DNA from: Coprobacillaceae bacterium | GTDB taxonomy: Bacteria; Bacillota_I; Bacilli_A; Erysipelotrichales; Coprobacillaceae | Reading direction: 5' to 3' | Assembly (NCBI GenBank): GCA_963675515.1 | Contig: OY776328.1 | Span: 600,001-632,000 of the forward strand | Length of the DNA: 32,000 bases | Shown: in pieces, positions 16,490 to 22,862 of the stretch | How the letters are laid out: every line of letters starts with the position of its first letter | Numbering within the stretch: position 1 is the stretch's first letter | Translations under genes and position numbers: made by a program | Notes under the pieces: generated by a model | Seen by the model: the letters and a program-made list of their open reading frames with translations, nothing else | The model's database searches: none | Told to the model about the DNA's origin: nothing

Positions 16490-16884
16490 TTCCGTTCTCC
16501 TTTTTTCTTCAAGCATTTTTGGCAGATACCCCTGAATGTAATTTCTGCCGAATTTATTTGATGACCGCAGTCATACTGGGCTGATAATTCATTAAAAAAG
16601 GCAGCCTGATCGCCAAGATCATAAACTGAGAAGCATTCATCGCAGATGAAATGGGCATGAGGAGCAATGTTGCCATCGTAGTGGGCAAACTGTTTGTCAT
16701 GTCCAAGTTGCCTGATCAAATCCTGTTCAACCAGAATGTTGAGATTGCGGTAAACCGTACCCAGGGACAGTGCGGGATGACTTTCTTTCAAGTCGTTGTA
16801 AATCATCGATGCGTCCGGGTGGTCATAGCGACTGGTTAAGTTTTCGTAGATAAGCTCACGCTGTTTTGAATATCTTCTTTTCAT
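16486..16884 (-). CDS. perR: Fur-family transcriptional regulator (PerR-like)
   Basis: YSKQRELIYENL...HPDASMIYNDL...SLGTVYRNLNILVEQDLI forms a winged helix. HAHFICDEC...CQKC forms a Cys4 site. The TGA stop overlaps the rbr ATG (ATGA). Confidence 0.8.
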   Translation of the reverse strand: MKRRYSKQRELIYENLTSRYDHPDASMIYNDLKESHPALSLGTVYRNLNILVEQDLIRQLGHDKQFAHYDGNIAPHAHFICDECFSVYDLGDQAAFFNELSAQYDCGHQINSAEITFRGICQKCLKKKGERK

Positions 16885-16913
16885 TTGGGCTCCTATTCGT
16901 AATGACTATTAAT

Positions 16914-16942
16914 ATTTTAGAACACTTGGAAAACAAAGTCAA
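16914..16942 (-). promoter_or_regulatory. perR-rbr promoter
   Basis: Minus strand: TTGACT (16942-16937), 17 nt, TAAAAT (16919-16914). It is followed by ATTAATAGTCATTA, a TAAT-N4-ATTA partial Fur/Per-box-like element at 16901-16913. Confidence 0.6.
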
Positions 16943-16986
16943 AAGATATGCCTGAAAAAGTTACGAAGAAAGATTAATCAGTATAT

Positions 16987-17008
16987 AAATTGATTGAGTT
17001 ATCAATTT
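16987..17008. promoter_or_regulatory. 8-6-8 inverted repeat (candidate operator)
   Basis: AAATTGAT (16987-16994), TGAGTT, ATCAATTT (17001-17008), with perfect arms. It overlaps the -35 region of the candidate hflX promoter (TGtTAAAAT at 17020-17028). Confidence 0.45.
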
Positions 17009-17044
17009 GGCCGTTTTTGTGTTAAAATAAAAGTGGTGATAAAT

Positions 17045-18244
17045 ATGAAAGCGATAATTGTGGATATCAATAATGTAATCGAAAATCTTGATGAGCTGGC
17101 GGCTCTGGTCGAGGCTTGTGATATGGAAGTGAGCAGAAGAGTTGTCCAGAATCTGGATAAGATCAACAGCGCGACGTTCATCGGTTCGGGCAAGGTTTTG
17201 GAAATAAGGGACATGATCGATGATGAAAAGATCGTCATCTTCAATTCTGAACTGACGCCCTTGCAACATAAGAATCTCACAGACCTGCTAGGCGTGGAAG
17301 TCAGCGACCGGACCGGCCTGATCCTGCGGATTTTCCAGACCCGGGCCAAGACGCGCGAAGCCAAACTGCAAGTTGAGATAGCGCGGGACCGATACATGCT
17401 GCCCCGGCTGGCCGGAATGCATGAGAGCATGACCGGGCAGATGGGTGGTAGCGGTTTTCGGGGCTCTGGTGAAAAACAGATCGAAATCGACCGACGGATC
17501 ATCTCACGGCGGATGAGCCGCAATCTCAAGCAGCTTTCCCAGATCAGGAAGCAGCGGGAACAAACCCGGCGACTGCGCAACGTCCAGCCAATCAAAAAGG
17601 TGGCGTTGGTGGGTTATACCAACAGCGGCAAGTCGACACTGCTCAACACCTTCACCAATAAGAAGGTGCTTTCCAAGGACATGCTTTTTGCGACCTTGGA
17701 GACAAATAGTCGCCTGGTCACAATTGACCAAAGGCCGGTCATCCTGAGCGATACGGTCGGTTTTATCGACCAATTGCCACATAGTTTGATTGATGCTTTC
17801 GCCTCGACTCTCGAGGAAGTCCTCGAGGCCGATCTCCTGTTGCACGTCATCGATATCTCCGATCCCAAAATCAAGGAGCATATCGACACCACCAACAAGG
17901 TGCTCGAGCAGATCGGCGCCCATGAGATTGAAAAACTGATGGTTTATAACAAGATCGACCTGCCGGTCGAAGTATATACGCCATTCAAAGATCCATATGT
18001 CTGCGTTTCCCTGGAAAAAGCGACCAATCTGGGTGAACTGGAAAAGGGAATCGCCAGACTTCTTTTCAAGGGTGATGTTTCCCTGGTGATAAAGCTTGGC
18101 TACGACATGATGAACGACGTCAACAAGATCAACGAATTTTGCAAGATCAACCGGCTCGATTATCTTGAAGATGGAATCTACCTGGACGTCACCGGATCAA
18201 ATGAAATTCTAAACAAATACCGGAAATACCAAATCAGGCATTAA
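17045..18244 (+). CDS. hflX: GTPase HflX
   Basis: The HflX N-domain (RTGLILRIFQTRAKTREAKLQVEIA...LPRL) is present. G1 is GYTNSGKST, G3 is DTVGF and G4 is NKID. I prefer the ATG at 17045 over the start at 16994. Confidence 0.9.
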   Translation: MKAIIVDINNVIENLDELAALVEACDMEVSRRVVQNLDKINSATFIGSGKVLEIRDMIDDEKIVIFNSELTPLQHKNLTDLLGVEVSDRTGLILRIFQTRAKTREAKLQVEIARDRYMLPRLAGMHESMTGQMGGSGFRGSGEKQIEIDRRIISRRMSRNLKQLSQIRKQREQTRRLRNVQPIKKVALVGYTNSGKSTLLNTFTNKKVLSKDMLFATLETNSRLVTIDQRPVILSDTVGFIDQLPHSLIDAFASTLEEVLEADLLLHVIDISDPKIKEHIDTTNKVLEQIGAHEIEKLMVYNKIDLPVEVYTPFKDPYVCVSLEKATNLGELEKGIARLLFKGDVSLVIKLGYDMMNDVNKINEFCKINRLDYLEDGIYLDVTGSNEILNKYRKYQIRH

Positions 18245-18271
18245 CCATATTTAGATCAAGGGAGGAAAACA

Positions 18272-18463
18272 ATGCAAAATCGAAAAATATTCAAGATTAA
18301 TCTGACGATTGCGATCGAGGCCGACACCAAGGAAGATGCTTATGAAGCTTTGATAAATGCCTTGAGTGCGGAACAGCTTGCTGACCTGATATCTAAAAAC
18401 AAGGATGCAATTGAAGAGGTGATCGCAAAACAGGATCACGAAGATCATACCCTGATCAACTGA
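18272..18463 (+). CDS. Small acidic hypothetical protein (63 aa)
   Basis: A strong GGGAGG SD lies 7 nt upstream of the ATG. The gene is wedged between hflX (27 nt gap) and the phosphatase (11 nt gap) with no terminator. I recognise no family. Confidence 0.6.
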   Translation: MQNRKIFKINLTIAIEADTKEDAYEALINALSAEQLADLISKNKDAIEEVIAKQDHEDHTLIN

Positions 18464-18474
18464 AGGAGGAAGTC

Positions 18475-19218
18475 ATGGCTACGTTTGTGCTAAGTGACCT
18501 TCATGGCTGCTTCAATGTTTTCGAAAAGTTTCTAAAGGGCGGCTACCTGACCGATGATGACCGGCTATATATCGTTGGCGACATCCTTGACCGGGGCGAT
18601 GATTCGTACCTGATCTTTCAAGCCATCAAAGATCACGACAATATCGTTCTTCTGAAGGGTAATCATGAATTGATGTTCCAGGATTACTATCGTGAAAACT
18701 ACATCCAAAAAAGCGGAGATACGCTCAACCGGCTGACTTACTTCGCCAACGGGGGCGATTCAACCCTGGCAAGTGTCAAGCGGTTTGCCGCCAAGAACAA
18801 TCTGGACAAAGATGATCTCTATCTGGAACTTTATGAGTACATAACCAGATTACCACTCTACCTGGCCTTGACTGTCAACTCAAGAAAATACATCCTGGTC
18901 CATGCCGGTGTGACTGGCGAAAAAAACATTGAAGACGAAAGCGAAGAGGATCTGTTGTGGATCCGCCATGAGTTTTTTCAAAGGGATATTCCCGGCGACA
19001 CGACCTACATCTTCGGCCACACCCCGGCTCTGTTTTTGAATGCTGACAGATCGAAAGATCCATGGTTTTCCAAAAACAAGATTGGCATTGACGGGGGCCT
19101 GGCGATGGGGGAAAGCAAGGGGCAGCTAAATGTACTCAACCTCGACACAAAGCAGGTCATAATCATCTCCATGAGACATGAAGATCGCATAATTCCATTT
19201 AAAAATGACGGCGGATAG
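18475..19218 (+). CDS. PPP-family metallophosphoesterase (Ser/Thr phosphatase / ApaH-PrpE-like)
   Basis: Motifs in order: LSDLHGC, VGDILDRGDDS, GNHE, VHAG, GHTP. An AAGGAGG SD is present. Confidence 0.85.
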   Translation: MATFVLSDLHGCFNVFEKFLKGGYLTDDDRLYIVGDILDRGDDSYLIFQAIKDHDNIVLLKGNHELMFQDYYRENYIQKSGDTLNRLTYFANGGDSTLASVKRFAAKNNLDKDDLYLELYEYITRLPLYLALTVNSRKYILVHAGVTGEKNIEDESEEDLLWIRHEFFQRDIPGDTTYIFGHTPALFLNADRSKDPWFSKNKIGIDGGLAMGESKGQLNVLNLDTKQVIIISMRHEDRIIPFKNDGG

Positions 19219-19228
19219 CCGTCATTTT
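19202..19228. terminator. Bidirectional terminator between convergent phosphatase and argH
   Basis: Perfect 11-bp stem AAAATGACGGC (19202-19212) / GCCGTCATTTT (19218-19228) with a GGATA loop. A/T runs make it usable on both strands. Confidence 0.8.
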
Positions 19229-19232
19229 AGCG

Positions 19233-20609
19233 TTATATCGTTTTTAGGAATTCGTTGTTGTATGCCACGACTTTTCCCATCTGGTCAGGTGAGCAAGCTC
19301 CTTTGGTGTTGCGCAGGTTGACGCAGGTGTCAACGCTGATCGCTTCGTATATATCCTGTTCGAACACTTCGCTGACTGATTTGAATTCATCCAGTGTCAG
19401 CTCGTCAAGGTCCTTGTCGAGCTCTATTGCCTTTAGAACTAGCTGCCCGATAATGCCATGGGCATCACGGAAAGGGACGCCGCGATTCACCAGGTAATCA
19501 GCTCCATCGGTCGCATTGGTAAAACCGCCGGTTGCCGATTTGCGCATCTTTTCCTTGTTGAAAGTCATGCTTTTGAGCATTTCGCTCATAAGGTGGATTG
19601 AAGACTTGGTGGTGGCGATGCTGTCGAAAGCCAATTCCTTGTCTTCCTGCATGTCCTTGTTATATGCCAGTGGCAGACCTTTCATGGTCGTCATCAGTGA
19701 AACCCAGGCTCCGTTGACCCTTCCGGTCTTGCCGCGGATCAATTCGGCGATATCCGGATTCTTCTTTTGAGGCATGATTGATGAACCGGTAGAGAAAGTG
19801 TCGTCAAGCTCGATGAACTGGTATTCGTTGGTGTTCCAGATGATTATTTCCTCGCTAAGGCGTGAAAGGTGCATCATTGTTGTCGCATTGGCCCCCAACA
19901 GTTCAAGCAGGTAGTCGCGGTCGCTTACCCCGTCGATCGAGTTGTTGCAGGCTTCGTCGAAGTCCAGCAAATTGGCAACGAACTCACGGTCAAGGTTGTA
20001 GGTCGTACCGGCCAAAGCTCCCGAACCCAAAGGAGAGACGTTCATCCGCTTGCGGATGTCGACAAGCCGAGAATGGTCACGTTTGAACATTTCAAAATAT
20101 GCGCCCATATGGTGAGCCAGGGTGATCGGCTGCGCTTTTTGCAGATGGGTGAATCCGGGCATGATTGTCTCAAGATGATCAGCCATGATGTCGTTTGTCG
20201 TGGTCATCAGGACTTTCATCAATTCGGTCATCTCGTCGATCTGATCACGGGTGTAAAGGCGCATGTCCAGGGCGACCTGGTCGTTACGGCTTCTTCCGGT
20301 ATGGAGTTTCTTTCCGGCATCCCCGATTCGGCTGATCAATGTGGCCTCGATAAACGAGTGGATGTCTTCGTAGCTTTCGTCGATATCCAGGGAACCTTCG
20401 TCGATTTCGCTGAGGATTTTTTCTAGTTCCTCGATGATGTCGAGACCTTCCTGGTCGGTAAGGATGTTCTGTTTTGTCAACATCTTCACATGGGCTATCG
20501 AACCCTTGATGTCCTGCTGGTAAAATGTCTTGTCGAATGAGATTGATGCGTTGAACTCGTCAACTAGCTTATTTGTTTCTTTGGTGAAACGGCCACCCCA
20601 TAATTTCAT
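19233..20609 (-). CDS. argH: Argininosuccinate lyase
   Basis: MKLWGGRF, HTGRSRNDQV and GSSIMPQKKNPD (fumarate-lyase signature) are present. Length is 458 aa. An AAGGAGG SD is present. Confidence 0.95.
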   Translation of the reverse strand: MKLWGGRFTKETNKLVDEFNASISFDKTFYQQDIKGSIAHVKMLTKQNILTDQEGLDIIEELEKILSEIDEGSLDIDESYEDIHSFIEATLISRIGDAGKKLHTGRSRNDQVALDMRLYTRDQIDEMTELMKVLMTTTNDIMADHLETIMPGFTHLQKAQPITLAHHMGAYFEMFKRDHSRLVDIRKRMNVSPLGSGALAGTTYNLDREFVANLLDFDEACNNSIDGVSDRDYLLELLGANATTMMHLSRLSEEIIIWNTNEYQFIELDDTFSTGSSIMPQKKNPDIAELIRGKTGRVNGAWVSLMTTMKGLPLAYNKDMQEDKELAFDSIATTKSSIHLMSEMLKSMTFNKEKMRKSATGGFTNATDGADYLVNRGVPFRDAHGIIGQLVLKAIELDKDLDELTLDEFKSVSEVFEQDIYEAISVDTCVNLRNTKGACSPDQMGKVVAYNNEFLKTI

Positions 20610-20626
20610 GTTCTTCCTCCTTGCTT

Positions 20627-20650
20627 TTAAAAAGAGGGCAGCGCCCTCTT
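20627..20650 (-). terminator. Intercistronic terminator-like hairpin between argG and argH
   Basis: Minus strand: AAGAGGGC GCT GCCCTCTT followed by TTT (five consecutive T in total). It starts within the argG TAA stop and is followed by the argH SD. Confidence 0.5.
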
Positions 20651-21860
20651 ATTTATTTTTCTGTGATTTAATTGCGCGAACGTAAGTAGATAATCCGTAA
20701 AGAGTGATAAATCCGCTTGCGTCTTTATGGTCGTAAAGGTCACCAGTCTTGAATGAAGCGATATCTTCGTCATACAGTGAGTTAGGTGAAGTAGTCCCTT
20801 CCTTGATGATGTTTCCTTTGTACAGTCCGAAGTTGGTGGTTCCGGTAACTGCTTCTTCGGTTTTTGCGACAAAGGCGCTTAGGGCTTCACGCAGTGGTGA
20901 GAACCATTTGGCTGCATAAACCAACTCGGCGAATTCGACTCCGACCAGGCGTTTGTATTTTACTGTTTCGCGGTCAAGAACCAATTCTTCCAGCTGTTGG
21001 TGGGCCTTTTGCAGGATTGTTCCGCCAGGAGTTTCATAAACTCCGCGTGATTTCATCCCGACAACACGGTTTTCCACGATATCGATGATCCCGATTCCGT
21101 TGCGTCCGCCGATCTTGTTCAATTCCAAAAGGATCTGGGTCATTCCCATAGCTTGGCCATTAAGTTTTACTGGCAGACCTTTTTCCCATTCGATTGCAAC
21201 ATGTTCAACTTCGTCAGGGGCTTTTTGCGGTGATTTTGAAAGCACTAAAAGGTGATCATAATTTGGCGCTTGAGCAGGGTTTTCCAGCTCAAGACCTTCA
21301 TGTGAGATATGCCAGATGTTGCGGTCGCGTGAATAGCTAGTATCAACGCTGAAAGGCAAATTGATTCCATGCTCGTTGCAGTATTTGATTGCCGCTTCAC
21401 GAGAGTCGATTTTCCATTTGTCATCACGCCAAGCGGCGATGATTTTCAAATCGGGAGCCAAAGCCTTGATTCCCAGTTCGAAACGGATCTGATCGTTTCC
21501 TTTACCGGTAGCGCCATGACAGATTGCTACTGCTCCCTCCTTGCGGGCAACCTCAACTAAAACTTTTGCGATAAGAGGTCGTGCAGTCGCGGTACCTAAC
21601 AAATATTCATACTCATATACGGCATCTGCCTGGACTGTTGGCATAATGTAGTCGCGGACATATTCGTCAACAACATCGACGATGTACAAGTCTGATGCTC
21701 CTGAAAGTTTGGCACGTTCTTCAAGCCCGTCCAATTCTTCTTCCTGACCTACGTTGATGCAGCAACAAACAACATCATAATCATAATTTTCTTTTAACCA
21801 AGGGATGATTGTTGTTGTATCAAGTCCCCCGGAATAAGCAAGAATAACTTTTTCTTTCAC
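20649..21860 (-). CDS. argG: Argininosuccinate synthase
   Basis: AYSGGLDTT, HGATGKGNDQIRFE and RGVYETPGGT are present. The start is GTG with an AGGAGG SD 9 nt upstream. Confidence 0.95.
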   Translation of the reverse strand: MKEKVILAYSGGLDTTTIIPWLKENYDYDVVCCCINVGQEEELDGLEERAKLSGASDLYIVDVVDEYVRDYIMPTVQADAVYEYEYLLGTATARPLIAKVLVEVARKEGAVAICHGATGKGNDQIRFELGIKALAPDLKIIAAWRDDKWKIDSREAAIKYCNEHGINLPFSVDTSYSRDRNIWHISHEGLELENPAQAPNYDHLLVLSKSPQKAPDEVEHVAIEWEKGLPVKLNGQAMGMTQILLELNKIGGRNGIGIIDIVENRVVGMKSRGVYETPGGTILQKAHQQLEELVLDRETVKYKRLVGVEFAELVYAAKWFSPLREALSAFVAKTEEAVTGTTNFGLYKGNIIKEGTTSPNSLYDEDIASFKTGDLYDHKDASGFITLYGLSTYVRAIKSQKNK

Positions 21861-21888
21861 TTAGTTCGACCTCCTATAATTTGTATAC

Positions 21889-21917
21889 ATTTTAATTTAA
21901 AAACCCTAATAAATCAA
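21889..21917 (-). promoter_or_regulatory. argGH promoter
   Basis: Minus strand: TTGATT (21917-21912), 17 nt, TAAAAT (21894-21889). Confidence 0.55.
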
Positions 21918-21925
21918 TATGATTT
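21911..21925. promoter_or_regulatory. 6-3-6 inverted repeat over the argG -35 (candidate ArgR/AhrC-type operator)
   Basis: AAATCA (21911-21916), ATA, TGATTT (21920-25). It is an AT-rich palindrome loosely like an ARG-box half-site pair (TGAAT...ATTCA). Confidence 0.3.
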
Positions 21926-21956
21926 TGGATATTCTCACAAAATTACGCGCAAATAT

Positions 21957-21985
21957 CGAAAAAGCCCTAGTATTAAGAGGGCTTT
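21957..21985 (-). terminator. Rho-independent terminator of the degV-rnj-phosphoesterase operon
   Basis: Minus strand: AAAGCCCT CTTAATACT AGGGCTTT followed by TT. The stem overlaps the TAA stop. Confidence 0.65.
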
Positions 21986-22862
21986 ACTCTACGCTGGAAT
22001 TGTCGCTGGAATCCTGGCTTTCGGTCTGGACTGTTGTGGCGATTTCCTGGTGTTTAAGTTCGATGATGTCAATATGATTATCGCATAGGAATTTGAATTT
22101 GAAATTCGATTCCTCGTCATAACCGTTGGATACGATCAGGCTCGCCTGATTCTTTTCATAGCGGCCATGAGTGTAGATCGAACCGTTGGTTTTCTTGATC
22201 ATGCCGCCGACAAAAGGCAGATAGATGTAACCGCCATTGGTGTGACCAGAAAGCTGCAGACTGGTCAAAGAGCAATTGGTCTGGAAACTGTCAGGCTCGT
22301 GGGCAAGGGTGATGGAAAAATCCGCTTTTTCACTGGTGATGTTTTCCAGGTTGCTTGAAGGATCGATGCCATACAGGGTGAAGTAATCATCCTTGAAATA
22401 TATAATCCTTTTTTCGTTTTGAAGGACCTCAAAACCGGCCTTGTTCAAGATGGCGATGATGTTGGCTTTGTTTGGAATGTCCTTGTCGCCTAGCACCGCG
22501 AACTTGCCATAGCTTGTCTTGATTGAGGAAAGGATTGAAATCACATTTGTCTCGTCGAAAATAGAGCTTTCGTAAAGGTCTCCGGCAAACAGGACCATGT
22601 CGCTGTTCTGGCCGTTGATCGAGGTGATCAGATCACTCAATTCATCGACATCGGTTGAATCAGTCAGGTTCACATCGGAAAGCATTGTGATCTGGAAATC
22701 GTCTAAAGTGGTCGAGACAGCAGGTGACTGGTATTGGACTTTATTGAAGGAAACTTGGTTGGGGGCGACAAAATAGCTATATGCAACGGTTGCAATTAAA
22801 CCACTGATTATCAAAATGGCAATCAGTGGTTTGAGTTTTATTTTGCGTCTTTTCTTAGTCAT
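21984..22862 (-). CDS. Membrane-anchored metallophosphoesterase (YkuE/YaeI-like)
   Basis: An N-terminal TM segment (LIAILIISGLIATVAYSYFV) is present. Motifs are LSDVNL, FAGDLYE, LGDKD, HEPD and SGHTNGG. The start overlaps the rnj stop by 8 nt. Confidence 0.8.
   Translation of the reverse strand: MTKKRRKIKLKPLIAILIISGLIATVAYSYFVAPNQVSFNKVQYQSPAVSTTLDDFQITMLSDVNLTDSTDVDELSDLITSINGQNSDMVLFAGDLYESSIFDETNVISILSSIKTSYGKFAVLGDKDIPNKANIIAILNKAGFEVLQNEKRIIYFKDDYFTLYGIDPSSNLENITSEKADFSITLAHEPDSFQTNCSLTSLQLSGHTNGGYIYLPFVGGMIKKTNGSIYTHGRYEKNQASLIVSNGYDEESNFKFKFLCDNHIDIIELKHQEIATTVQTESQDSSDNSSVE

Noticed and set aside
17002-17923. Minus-strand ORFs (197, 139 and 94 aa) inside hflX
   Set aside because: They are antisense to a gene with complete HflX and GTPase motifs, and they sit in the GC-rich part of that gene.
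19869-20426. 185-aa plus-strand ORF inside argH
   Set aside because: It is antisense to argininosuccinate lyase, which carries the fumarate-lyase signature. It has no SD.
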